A stretch of DNA of 29,923 nt, taken from positions 1 to 29,923 of the IMG/VR virus record IMGVR_UViG_3300023263_000008. One strand, 5' to 3'. Position 1 is the stretch's first letter. Each line of letters starts with the position of its first letter. Shown here piece after piece: positions 1 through 8,560 of this stretch. A program made the position numbers and the translations under genes. The notes beneath the pieces were generated by a model that had not been told where the DNA came from, made no database searches, and was given only the letters and a program-made list of their open reading frames with translations. This DNA comes from a virus (taxonomy: Duplodnaviria > Caudoviricetes).

Positions 1-2502
1 GCCCCGAGCACCTCCGGCACGGACAACAACCTCTGGTTTGAAACCGATACGGGGGCGCTCTACGGCCTTTATCAAGACCTGAATTCCACACAATGGATAG
101 AGGTTGCCGGGCACCCCGGTCCTATCGGCCCGACCGGCCCCTCTGGTGCGGCAAGCAGTGTCCCCGGCCCCACGGGCCCGACCGGCGCAGTCGGCCCGAC
201 AGGCTCGTCTGGCCCTACCGGGGCAGGGGGCCCGACCGGGGCAACCGGGATTGCCGGAGCACAACTCTTTATTTCCGATACGGCCCCTACCTTTGCAACT
301 AATCGTATGTGGTGGGAAAGTGACACGGGCCGCCTCTACGCGGCCTACACAGACCCTACCCCAACCGACGTCTGGGTCGAGGTTACGGCAGGCCCGGGCC
401 CTGCAGGAGCAACCGGCGCAACAGGCGCAACCGGGGCTGCCAGTACCGTGCCCGGCCCGACCGGCAGTGTTGGTAGCACCGGACCCGCCGGTCCTCCAAC
501 CTATGCCCGCGTCTCGGACAGCGCGCCTTCATCGCCAGCCGATGGCGAAATCTGGTTTGAGAGCGATACAGGTGCGCTCTACATATACTACAACGATGGG
601 TCGAGCAGCCAGTTCGTCCAGGCGCTTGCCGCCCCCGATACCGAGACCATGCAAGACGTGGTCGGTGGCATGGTCACCGGGGGCACTCAGACCAACATCA
701 CGGTCACCTATGACGACCTGACGGGGAAACTCAATTTCGTCGCGGTTGGCGGGTCTGGCGGCGGGGGCGGGGACGTCTTCGGCCCCTCGTCGGTGGCGGC
801 AGACGCACCCACGATTTTCGACGGCACCACCGGCAAGCTCATTAAATCCACCACTTATGCCACCTTCAAGACCTCGCTGTCGCTGACCAAAAATGACGTA
901 GGTTTAGGGTCGGTCGACAATACCAGTGACGCCGCAAAGCCCATCAGTACGGCGACGGCGGCCTCGATCGCCACCAGGCAACCGCTCGACGCCACCCTGA
1001 CCTCGTTGGCGGCTTATAACGCCAACGGCATCCTGACCCAGACTGCCGCCGATTTCTTCACCGGGCGAACGATCACCGCCGGCACCGGCATCACGGTGAC
1101 CAACGGCTCCGGGGTTTCCGGCAACCCGACCATCGCCGTCGATACGGCAACCCTGTTCACCAGCGTCGCCCTGACCGGCAACCCGACCGCCCCGACCCCG
1201 ACCTATCCCGACAACGACACTTCGATCGCCACCACCGCCTACGTCCAGACCGCGATCAATGCCGCGCCGTCGCTGACCATCGGCGATACCGTGCCGACCT
1301 CCCCGCCTCCGGTGTCCGGTGATCTGTTCTGGGAGAGCGATACCGGGGCCCTCTACGTATTTTTCAATGACGGCAGTTCGTCGCAATGGATCCAGGCGCT
1401 CGGCAGCGTCGGCCTCGATGCGGAGAGCGTGCAGGACATCGTCGGTGCCATGGTCACCGGCGGCAATACGGAAACCAACATTGCCGTCACCTATGACGAC
1501 AGCACCGGAAAATTGAATTTCATCGCCACGGGGGCCGGGGATGTCACCGGGCCTGCCGGAACCGCCAACAATGCCCCCGTGCTGTTCTCGGGGACCACCG
1601 GCAAGCTGCTGGCGGAAACCACCTACCCAGCCTTCAAGACCAACCTTGCGCTGACCAAGGCGGACGTCGGATTAGGGTCGGTCGATAATACCTCGGACGC
1701 CTCAAAACCTATCAGCAGTGCTACCCAGACGGCGCTCAACGCCAAGCAGGATCTTGATGCCACGCTGACCGCGCTGGCGACGCTCAATGCCACGGCTGGT
1801 CTCCTCGAGCAGACCGGCAGCGACGTATTCACCAAGCGGGCGCTCGGGGTTGGGGCATCCTCGTCGGTGCCGACCCGTGGTGATGCCGACGCCCGCTATG
1901 CGGCAACCGTTCACAGCCACGTCATCAGCGACACGACGGGACTGCAGGCGGCAATCGACCTCAAGGCCCCGCTGGCGTCGCCAGCCCTGACCGGCAACCC
2001 GACCGCCCCCACGGCAAGCCCCGGGGATGCCGATACCACGATCGCCACCACGGCCTTCGTGGCCGCCGCGATCGCCGCCAGCCCCGATGCCGCGATCGCC
2101 GACACCGTGCCGGGCGGGGCATCTGCGGGCGACCTGCTTTTCGAGAGCGACAGCGGTCGCCTGCTGATCTTTTACGATAGCCAGTGGGTGGAGACTGGCG
2201 TCGGGGCCCGTGGCGCGGACGGGGCCACAGGGGCGACGGGGACTATTGGTCCTGCTGGCGCGACAGGTGCGACAGGGGCGACGGGCTCTCAGGGTATCCA
2301 AGGCGTAGCCGGGGCTACGGGGGCGACCGGCGCAACAGGAGCGACGGGAGCAACCGGAGCGACCGGCGTGATGACCGTGAGCCTGTCGGACACCGCGCCA
2401 GGGTCGCCGTCCGCAGGCCAGCTCTGGCTAGAGACAGATACGGGCTTCCTCTACTGCTACGTCGACAGCCAGTGGAGCCAGATCCGCGCTAACCCTGGCT
2501 AG
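1..2502 (+). CDS. Tail fibre / collagen-like repeat protein (5' truncated by window)
   Basis: Frame 1 is open from base 1 ([21 protein letters not shown]...[10 protein letters not shown]...) into the 307..2502 ORF. It has Gly-X-Y tracts, six W/F-E-S/T-D-T/S-G-x-L modules, and tail-fibre motifs [22 protein letters not shown], QxLDATLTxLA, [10 protein letters not shown]..IATTAxV and [16 protein letters not shown]. Confidence 0.85.
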   Translation, partial: APSTSGTDNNLWFETDTGALYGLYQDLNSTQWIEVAGHPGPIGPTGPSGAASSVPGPTGPTGAVGPTGSSGPTGAGGPTGATGIAGAQLFISDTAPTFATNRMWWESDTGRLYAAYTDPTPTDVWVEVTAGPGPAGATGATGATGAASTVPGPTGSVGSTGPAGPPTYARVSDSAPSSPADGEIWFESDTGALYIYYNDGSSSQFVQALAAPDTETMQDVVGGMVTGGTQTNITVTYDDLTGKLNFVAVGGSGGGGGDVFGPSSVAADAPTIFDGTTGKLIKSTTYATFKTSLSLTKNDVGLGSVDNTSDAAKPISTATAASIATRQPLDATLTSLAAYNANGILTQTAADFFTGRTITAGTGITVTNGSGVSGNPTIAVDTATLFTSVALTGNPTAPTPTYPDNDTSIATTAYVQTAINAAPSLTIGDTVPTSPPPVSGDLFWESDTGALYVFFNDGSSSQWIQALGSVGLDAESVQDIVGAMVTGGNTETNIAVTYDDSTGKLNFIATGAGDVTGPAGTANNAPVLFSGTTGKLLAETTYPAFKTNLALTKADVGLGSVDNTSDASKPISSATQTALNAKQDLDATLTALATLNATAGLLEQTGSDVFTKRALGVGASSSVPTRGDADARYAATVHSHVISDTTGLQAAIDLKAPLASPALTGNPTAPTASPGDADTTIATTAFVAAAIAASPDAAIADTVPGGASAGDLLFESDSGRLLIFYDSQWVETGVGARGADGATGATGTIGPAGATGATGATGSQGIQGVAGATGATGATGATGATGATGVMTVSLSDTAPGSPSAGQLWLETDTGFLYCYVDSQWSQIRANPG
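640..2075 (+). repeat. Internal duplication (~200 aa units) within tail fibre gene
   Basis: [29 protein letters not shown]...GDVFGP...TTGKL...[11 protein letters not shown]...IATTAYV (~640-1260) recurs as [30 protein letters not shown]...IATTAFV (~1420-2075). Boundaries approximate. Confidence 0.85.
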
Positions 2503-2590
2503 GGCAGGTCTTTCCAAGCATCGCCGCGGATGATCATACCGATCATGTGGCGGGTGACGCCATTTTAGGGGTAAAGAGGAGGATCATAAC

Positions 2591-3064
2591 GTGGCATTTG
2601 ACTTCCCGAATTCACCGACCAACGGCCAGACCTATACTCCGGCGGGTGGTCCTACATACACTTACGTGTCGGCGGACACGAAATGGACCGTGTCGTCGAT
2701 CAGTGCGACCATCCCCATCACCACCGGGGTCTACACGCCAACCCACTACCTCGGGACAAACATGGCGGCAAGCACGTCATACCAGGCGGTCTACACCCGG
2801 ATCGCCGACCGGGTAATCGTCAGCGGGTTGGCGGACATCGACCCGACTACATCCCCGGCTGCGACCACCCTGGGTATATCACTTCCGGTCGCTTCGGATC
2901 TCGCGTCTCAACACGACTGCACTGGCACCTTTGGCGCATCGGCCTTCAGCGAAAACGGGTCGATCACCGGAGATGTCACCAACAACAATGCCCTCTTCAA
3001 CTTCCTGTCGACGACCGCGAACAATCATCAGGTCGGCTTCGTCTTCCAATATAGGGTGCTGTAA
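2591..3064 (+). CDS. Tail fibre-associated / receptor-binding tip protein
   Basis: GTG start after GAGGAGG. N-terminal MAFDFPNSPTNGQTYT...W module is typical of fibre proteins; C-terminal beta-rich YTRIADRVIVSG...LPV resembles fibre tip domains. Confidence 0.6.
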   Translation: MAFDFPNSPTNGQTYTPAGGPTYTYVSADTKWTVSSISATIPITTGVYTPTHYLGTNMAASTSYQAVYTRIADRVIVSGLADIDPTTSPAATTLGISLPVASDLASQHDCTGTFGASAFSENGSITGDVTNNNALFNFLSTTANNHQVGFVFQYRVL

Positions 3065-3384
3065 TGGCGGCAAATCCAATCCCCGGAACGGTCGAGGAAT
3101 GGGCCGAGGTCGAACCGACGCGATGGGCGCGCACCGACCATCCCGAGGATGGTGTCATCACCATCGCTCCGCCCAAGACCTTCGAGCAATACTACGCTGA
3201 GCGGCAATTGCCCAACCAGGGCGAGGTGTTGCTGGAGCTCGCCCCGGTGATCGAGCTGCTCGATCTGCTCAAGACGCAGGATGGCCCAACCATCGACGCA
3301 TGGGCTGACGCCAACGCCAACAGCCTGCCAAAGCTCCGCGTTGCTTTCGCGACCCTCCTGAAGCTGCTGGCGGCAAGGCTATGA
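3064..3384 (+). CDS. Hypothetical protein (tail-associated, possible fibre chaperone)
   Basis: TAATG coupling to the upstream gene; 106 aa; lies downstream of the fibre genes. Confidence 0.55.
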   Translation: MAANPIPGTVEEWAEVEPTRWARTDHPEDGVITIAPPKTFEQYYAERQLPNQGEVLLELAPVIELLDLLKTQDGPTIDAWADANANSLPKLRVAFATLLKLLAARL

Positions 3385-3385
3385 C

Positions 3386-3601
3386 ATGCAGCAACCAGAT
3401 TACCGAGGGCTGGCGGCACTGGTGCTCGCTGTCAGCCTCGGGCTCATGCTGGTGATCGGCGTCGGCATTCCGTCTTTCCTCGGCCGCTCGCTCGGCGATG
3501 CCGGCAACCAGGCCCTGACCGCAATCGGCGGCGCCATCGTCGGCCTGCTCGCCGGGTTCATCGCCGGTACGATCGTCAAACCACCGGACAAAGGAGAATA
3601 G
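3386..3601 (+). CDS. Putative holin (2 TM helices)
   Basis: 71 aa with two hydrophobic segments and a charged C-terminus (KPPDKGE), upstream of the endolysin. Confidence 0.55.
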   Translation: MQQPDYRGLAALVLAVSLGLMLVIGVGIPSFLGRSLGDAGNQALTAIGGAIVGLLAGFIAGTIVKPPDKGE

Positions 3602-3603
3602 CC

Positions 3604-3807
3604 ATGGAAGGTCTCGTCGGGTTTCTCATTTTTGTCGCGCTCGTCGTGCTGGTCGTGGTGGTGGTCTACTGGGCCCTTAGCACGCTGCTCAGCCAGATCG
3701 CCGGCATGCCGCCCGCGGTCATTGTCGTCCTGCAGGTCGTCCTTGTGCTGGTGGCGCTGCTTGTCATCATCCAACGAGGGTGGCCGCTGATCTCGGGGTA
3801 CACCTGA
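3604..3807 (+). CDS. Small 2-TM membrane protein (holin/antiholin candidate)
   Basis: AAGGAG SD; 67 aa, almost entirely hydrophobic; immediately before the endolysin. Confidence 0.6.
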   Translation: MEGLVGFLIFVALVVLVVVVVYWALSTLLSQIAGMPPAVIVVLQVVLVLVALLVIIQRGWPLISGYT

Positions 3808-3808
3808 T

Positions 3809-4378
3809 ATGATCGACCGAGAACTGTTTTTTGACAGCGTCCGGGACGAGCTCTTCGGCGGAGCCCTGCAACAGGTCCAGGTCGATGGGATGAGCGTTAT
3901 CCTCGCCGTCTGGGAATACCAGGGCGGGGGTACACCTATGTCTGACATCCGCTGGCTCGCGTACATGCTCGGCACAACTTTTCATGAGACTGGCACCCGG
4001 ATGTGGCCGATCCAAGAATGGGGAGATGATGCCTACCTCCAGAGCAAGGAATATTATCCCTACGTCGGCCGCGGCTTCGTCCAACTGACGTGGGAAGACA
4101 ATTACCGCCGAGCCTCTACGCTCCTCTCCCTGGTCGACGAGCGGGATCTGGTTGAGCACCCGGAGATGGCCAGGGACAGCCTGATCGCGACGCGGGTGCT
4201 ATTTCGCGGGATGGCTGAGGGTTGGTTCACCGGCCACAAGCTCGGGGAGTATTTCAACGCCGAGAAGGACGATCCCAACAACGCCAGGGACATCATTAAT
4301 CCGGGCGACGACGAGGCTCTGATCGCCGGCTATCACGCTACATTCCTGCAGGCGATCAAGGACGCGACGGTCCCCTAG
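3809..4378 (+). CDS. Endolysin, glycoside hydrolase family 19-like
   Basis: LAYMLGTTFHETG, PIQEWG, YVGRGFVQLTWEDNY and ARDIIN motifs of GH19-type phage lysins. Confidence 0.85.
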   Translation: MIDRELFFDSVRDELFGGALQQVQVDGMSVILAVWEYQGGGTPMSDIRWLAYMLGTTFHETGTRMWPIQEWGDDAYLQSKEYYPYVGRGFVQLTWEDNYRRASTLLSLVDERDLVEHPEMARDSLIATRVLFRGMAEGWFTGHKLGEYFNAEKDDPNNARDIINPGDDEALIAGYHATFLQAIKDATVP

Positions 4379-4547
4379 TCTCGATCAGCGCGGCGAGATC
4401 CACCGGCTTCAGCACCAGCGGCAGTACGGCGGTGAGCGCGGCTTCCACGACGATGGCAATGGCGAGCTGATCGAGATCGATCGCGTCTGCTGCGGCCCGC
4501 GTCCCCGCCTCTACCAGCGTCTCAATGTTTGGCAGCGCTGTGCTCAT
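4356..4547 (-). CDS. Hypothetical protein (last gene of leftward early operon)
   Basis: ATGA overlap with the upstream gene and GGAG SD; 3' end overlaps the endolysin by 23 bp. Confidence 0.5.
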   Translation of the reverse strand: MSTALPNIETLVEAGTRAAADAIDLDQLAIAIVVEAALTAVLPLVLKPVDLAALIETRGPSRP

Positions 4548-4855
4548 GCTTCTGTCTCCTTCGCGCGGTCGAGCCGTTCGATCTCGGCGATGATCAGCGC
4601 CCCGGCACGAACAAGATCACGTCGGCGGGACTGGGGCTTCCACTGTAACCAATCCCAAGGCCATGTAGATGGCCACCAGCCCATCCGCAGACGGACTTGC
4701 CGGGTCTCCTCATCGTTGCCGGCAACGGCGCAATAGCAGGCTGCTGCTCGCGCCAGCTCACCCTTGGTATGTCTGTCGTCATGCGCAGTCGTATGGCCTT
4801 CCACCTCGATCTGCCGGCGGCGCTCGGCGATTACATCCTCAATGGCTTTGCTCAT
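4544..4855 (-). CDS. Conserved phage protein (ERxRQ..EG..HDD..WPW..WKP family; possibly MazG-like helical fold)
   Basis: VIAERRRQIEVEGHTTAHDD...GELARAAACY...WPW..WKP..RRDLVRAGALIIAEIERLDR is a widespread phage motif. GAGGAG SD and ATGA coupling. Confidence 0.7.
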   Translation of the reverse strand: MSKAIEDVIAERRRQIEVEGHTTAHDDRHTKGELARAAACYCAVAGNDEETRQVRLRMGWWPSTWPWDWLQWKPQSRRRDLVRAGALIIAEIERLDRAKETEA

Positions 4856-5205
4856 GTCTCCTCCTCCCCTGCCAAGGCGCGGATGGCGGCGGGGAGCGAT
4901 GAGTGACCATAGCCTGCGTCGTAATGGGCTTCCGCCACCTCCGCCGCCCTCTCCAGACCCCGGCGTTCAGCGGCGAGGATGGCCGCTTCGGCGCGCTCGG
5001 CGCGGGCTTGCGCGGTAGACAGTTCCGCGCGGAACTTCTCGACCCATCCCGATTGCTTGTCGATGAACTCTTGCCTCACGGCCATCTCCGCTTGGAGGCG
5101 GTCGATGAGGTCGGCGGCCTCGTCACAGAGCTTACGGGGGTCTAGAGGACGGTCATACCTAGCGCAGTCACGCAGCCGTTCCACGAGGCTCTGTGTGTCG
5201 GTCAT
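4852..5205 (-). CDS. Hypothetical coiled-coil protein (Ead/Ea22-like early gene)
   Basis: LVERLR...EAADLIDRLQAE pattern; ATGA coupling on both sides. Confidence 0.65.
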   Translation of the reverse strand: MTDTQSLVERLRDCARYDRPLDPRKLCDEAADLIDRLQAEMAVRQEFIDKQSGWVEKFRAELSTAQARAERAEAAILAAERRGLERAAEVAEAHYDAGYGHSSLPAAIRALAGEEET

Positions 5206-5237
5206 GGCCCTGCCTCCCCTGCCAAGGCGCGGATGGC
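4863..5237. repeat. 25-bp direct repeat CCTCCCCTGCCAAGGCGCGGATGGC (4863-4887 and 5213-5237)
   Basis: Identical 25-mers at the 3' ends of two adjacent minus-strand genes, encoding AIRALAGE and the SD of the next gene. Both proteins also share AAERRGLERAA. Confidence 0.9.
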
Positions 5238-5453
5238 CTTTGTCATCGCATCAATTAAAATGTGGAGCGTTGGCCCGTCATGAGTCTCGACATACTGCGC
5301 CGCCCTCTCCAGACCACGCCGCTCCGCGGCGATGAGGGCAGCTTCGATCATGTCGCAGTCTGTCTCCCACCAAATATCTGGATCGGCCACGGCCGGATCA
5401 GGGCTATACATTTCCTCCATGATCCGCTCCGCCTCGTCCCGCGCCGTGCTCAT
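5202..5453 (-). CDS. Hypothetical protein
   Basis: Start revised to ATG 5453 (MSTARDEAER) from the ATGA overlap with the upstream gene; C-terminus paralogous to the next gene. Confidence 0.65.
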   Translation of the reverse strand: MSTARDEAERIMEEMYSPDPAVADPDIWWETDCDMIEAALIAAERRGLERAAQYVETHDGPTLHILIDAMTKAIRALAGEAGP

Positions 5454-5944
5454 GGGCAATCGACCCCATCCCCACACGGGCACCTGACGCGCTCGTGGCT
5501 CCCCCTGCGGACCACCGTCCCCGTCTCCTCATCCCAACTGCGATAGGTCGCAGCGCATTGCTGCCGCCACGCCTCGTCCGAGGCAATTGACGCCTGTGGC
5601 CTGTCGGCCGCGGGCGCGGTGCCTGCGCCCTCTATCCGCTGCTCCAGCATATACCGCATGTCGCCGATCCACGAGCCGAGGTTTCGGTGTTTCTCCGGCA
5701 GTGGCAGGAGCGTCGGCAAGACCGAAACGCACTGCTTGAACACCTGCACCGCGAGCGCCTCGATGTAGTCGTTGCTGACGTCCTGCGGCGAAACCGGGAT
5801 GGTGTGCATCAGATCGATCCTCACGGCCTCGCGGGCGAAAACTGCACAATATGCAACCCCCGCGTCAGACGCCCGCGCTGGTGGCGAGTTCGCGCCACCG
5901 AGGGCGAGAATGGCGATTGCAACAGTGGCGACTATAGACCTCAT
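5450..5944 (-). CDS. Secreted protein with C-terminal BA14K-like domain
   Basis: Signal peptide (MRSIVATVAIAILALGGANSPPARA); C-terminal WRQQCAATYRSWDEETGTVVRRGSHERVRC matches the BA14K pattern W..C..xYRSxD..xGT.....G.R..C. Confidence 0.7.
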   Translation of the reverse strand: MRSIVATVAIAILALGGANSPPARASDAGVAYCAVFAREAVRIDLMHTIPVSPQDVSNDYIEALAVQVFKQCVSVLPTLLPLPEKHRNLGSWIGDMRYMLEQRIEGAGTAPAADRPQASIASDEAWRQQCAATYRSWDEETGTVVRRGSHERVRCPCGDGVDCP

Positions 5945-5979
5945 GCGAACCTCGCAAATTCTCCGTATCGCTCACTCAT
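5941..5979 (-). CDS. 12-aa mini-ORF MSERYGEFARFA
   Basis: Fills the NinB/BA14K gap exactly, with ATGA overlaps at both ends and GAGGA upstream. Confidence 0.5.
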   Translation of the reverse strand: MSERYGEFARFA

Positions 5980-6467
5980 GGCTCGTCCTCGGATGGTGCC
6001 CTCTCCGCCACTGATGCGGCGGCTTGTGGCGGAGAGGGGCTACCGGACCGAAGGATAAGGCCATCCTTGGTCGCGGGTTCATAGTCGTGGTCGTGGAAGA
6101 TCACACCGTGCTCCGTCCCCCACGCGATAATGAATTCGATCAGCTCGCTCATCTCGGCCTTGTCGAGCTCCGAGGAGCGGTAGCCCAGCGGGACCACTGT
6201 AGTCCCGTCGAGGGCCGGAATGAATTTCATCTCTTGGCCGAGGGCGTGCATCATCAAGAGCTTCCAGATTTCAGGTGGGTATTGCCTGCCAAAGTGCAGC
6301 ACCTGCTTGCTGACATCCGTCAGGCTGGCCCACATCTTGGCATTGGCGGAAATGCTGCGTTTCGCCTCCCTGAATTCGATGGCGGTGTTGTGAGGGGCGG
6401 CATCGATCCACGTCTTTGCGCGAGCCCGGACATTGGGACTGTTGAGGATGAGGAGGGACCGGCTCAT
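5976..6467 (-). CDS. ninB: NinB/Orf-family recombination protein
   Basis: KRSISANAKMWASLTDVSKQV..W/F.G..PEIWKLL...RSSELDKAEMSELIEFIIAWGTEHGV is the NinB signature. Confidence 0.85.
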   Translation of the reverse strand: MSRSLLILNSPNVRARAKTWIDAAPHNTAIEFREAKRSISANAKMWASLTDVSKQVLHFGRQYPPEIWKLLMMHALGQEMKFIPALDGTTVVPLGYRSSELDKAEMSELIEFIIAWGTEHGVIFHDHDYEPATKDGLILRSGSPSPPQAAASVAERAPSEDEP

Positions 6468-7294
6468 GTCCCCTCCCCTGTCACATTCCTGAGTTTATCA
6501 CTGAGGCTCTTGACCTCTCGCCGGAGCGCTTTGTTTTCGGAGCGCAGTTGCATGATGGTGAGAGGTTTTTTGCGTATCGCGAATTGTGCCATTGGCGAAG
6601 TGTCAAAATATTCCAGTTCGTGCAGCACCTTGCCGGCAAAGCGTGTCCGTAGCCACTCCCAGTACCCGCCGCTTTCCTTGATGGCGCGTGTGGCCTCTTT
6701 CTCAAACCGCGCCTTGAGCGCGGTGATTACCAGGGTGGACCGCACAAAGCGGTCGTAAAATCTGGCTATCAGGTCCAGCCGATCGACGGACATCGGCCCG
6801 GTGTAGTCTAGCCACACCATGTCCCAGCCATCGTCCCAACCGTCTAGTGCCATGAGGTCATCAATATTGGCAAAAAAGTAACTGGCGTAACGGGTTTTGA
6901 CGGCCATTTCGGCGAAGGAATAGGATCTGATCTGTTTCAATTCAGAGGCCGGGGTTTGCAGTCCCGGCATGTGAGAGACGCCGGCGAAGTAGATGGCGCG
7001 GTCGTTTTCGCATCCGGTGAAGTGAGTGCCGCGGGCCCCCTCGTGCTGGAACCAGCCGGGCTGTCTGGCGGCCAACAGCAGACGCTCGAACCGCCATAAC
7101 ATGCCCGGCATGGTGAGCATGCTAAGACGTGGCTCGGGCCACGCCATGGCAAGGTCGAGCACGGCTTGCCGCGCCTTGATCTTCTCCGGGCCTTCAACTT
7201 TGCGGGTGAACTGCACTCCGCCGCTCGGCTTGATGCTGCGCTGGCGTGCCGCAAGCTCCTCCATGCCGTATTGTGTTAAGGGCTTGTTGTTCAT
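6464..7294 (-). CDS. Putative class I SAM-dependent methyltransferase-like protein
   Basis: Rossmann-like order: LSMLTMPG (motif I-like), FTGCENDRAIY (acidic motif II), ANIDD, WDMVWLDYTG (post-strand-4 motif); C-terminal coiled coil. Confidence 0.5.
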   Translation of the reverse strand: MNNKPLTQYGMEELAARQRSIKPSGGVQFTRKVEGPEKIKARQAVLDLAMAWPEPRLSMLTMPGMLWRFERLLLAARQPGWFQHEGARGTHFTGCENDRAIYFAGVSHMPGLQTPASELKQIRSYSFAEMAVKTRYASYFFANIDDLMALDGWDDGWDMVWLDYTGPMSVDRLDLIARFYDRFVRSTLVITALKARFEKEATRAIKESGGYWEWLRTRFAGKVLHELEYFDTSPMAQFAIRKKPLTIMQLRSENKALRREVKSLSDKLRNVTGEGT

Positions 7295-7295
7295 G

Positions 7296-7925
7296 TCACT
7301 GCCTCCCCAAAGCCCTGATCTGTGCAGTACGGTCGTCGACCTCGGAGAGGAAGATCTCCACAGCCTTTTCGAGGTCGGCGATCATCTTGTCGTCCCGGTA
7401 GACGCGCTGGATGAAGAGGCGAGCGTAGTCGGGCATCCGATTGTCAAACGAGACAAAATCGACCCACTGACGGTCGGCGCACGTTAACTGCCATTGCATT
7501 TGGTAGATGTATTTCTGCGGGATTGGAGCGCCGAGCAGCGTGGCGATATGTGTGCTGGTGTTTGGCGATTTGATCTCCAGCATTCCATCCTCGCCCACAA
7601 GCCCGTCGGGAGAGCAATGAGACCGCTCGATCCGTGGATGGCGGATTAGTCCGACTTCGACTACATCCACATCGGCTACGAAGGCATATTGCGCCCTCGC
7701 TTCCGGCTCGGTGTCGATCCCGCGTTGCATGGCTTCGTTGATGTAGCTTTCGTAGGGAATGCCGGTCAAACGCTCGGCGACTAATTGTGCCATGACATTT
7801 TCGCGCGAGGCTCCCCATCCGCTTTTCGTCCTAGCGAGCGCTTCGTGGACCTGAGACGCTCCAAGGCTTCCGCATCTCGCGGACCGCCATTGTTCCGAGC
7901 CCTGAATTAGCTCGGCATCCATCAC
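7296..7925 (-). CDS. YqaJ / lambda-exonuclease family recombinase nuclease
   Basis: QGSEQWRSARCGSLGAS, MQRGIDTEPEAR, CSPDGLV, LEIKSP and YIYQMQWQL motifs. Confidence 0.92.
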   Translation of the reverse strand: MMDAELIQGSEQWRSARCGSLGASQVHEALARTKSGWGASRENVMAQLVAERLTGIPYESYINEAMQRGIDTEPEARAQYAFVADVDVVEVGLIRHPRIERSHCSPDGLVGEDGMLEIKSPNTSTHIATLLGAPIPQKYIYQMQWQLTCADRQWVDFVSFDNRMPDYARLFIQRVYRDDKMIADLEKAVEIFLSEVDDRTAQIRALGRQ

Positions 7926-8560
7926 TGGGTGCCCTCGTCGACGTTCTGGGTGCGCTCGGCCTGCTGCCGCTTTATCTCGAGCATATGCATTGCCTCGGGG
8001 AAGCGGGCAGCGGGCATCTCCTCGATGCGCTGGATGCCGAAGACCCGCAGGAAGCGCGGAAGGTCTGCCGCCGTCTCTACGATGGCGCTACGGAGGATCT
8101 CGACCTGGTCGGGGCTGATAGGCCCGGTCGGAGCTGGGACCGCCTGGCGGCCATTTGCGGCCGCTGTAGCGGCATTGCCGTCGTCATCCTCGCCGGCCAG
8201 ATTAAACAGGCCCATCTGGGTGTATCTGCGGGCGTAGGTCGCGGCCGAGCCTAGGGTCTGGGCGTCCATTTTCCCGACAGGCACGAAGAAGACGTTCTCC
8301 GGCTCCCGGTAGCCGCCGGCGTGGGCGACCGTGGTGTGGACCTCGAGGCCGCGCTCGACCGTGACCAACTTTTGCATGATGAAGAGGCCGTTCTCAGCTA
8401 GCACCTCGTGGATGCCGTCGCGGATCGAGGCGAGGTCAGCATAATTGCTGCGGAAATGCGGGTTTACCGCGCCTTTGGTGATATTCTGGATTTGGCCCTG
8501 CGCCTTCGCCATTGCGGCGCAGAAGGCGGCGTGGTTTTCGGGCGTGTTGTAGTCGATCAT
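7922..8560 (-). CDS. erf: ERF-family single-strand annealing protein
   Basis: Start revised to ATG 8560 (ATGA overlap, AAGGG SD). AMAKAQ..NPHFRSNYADL, AQTLGSAATYARRY..L..AGEDDDGN motifs. Confidence 0.92.
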   Translation of the reverse strand: MIDYNTPENHAAFCAAMAKAQGQIQNITKGAVNPHFRSNYADLASIRDGIHEVLAENGLFIMQKLVTVERGLEVHTTVAHAGGYREPENVFFVPVGKMDAQTLGSAATYARRYTQMGLFNLAGEDDDGNAATAAANGRQAVPAPTGPISPDQVEILRSAIVETAADLPRFLRVFGIQRIEEMPAARFPEAMHMLEIKRQQAERTQNVDEGTQ

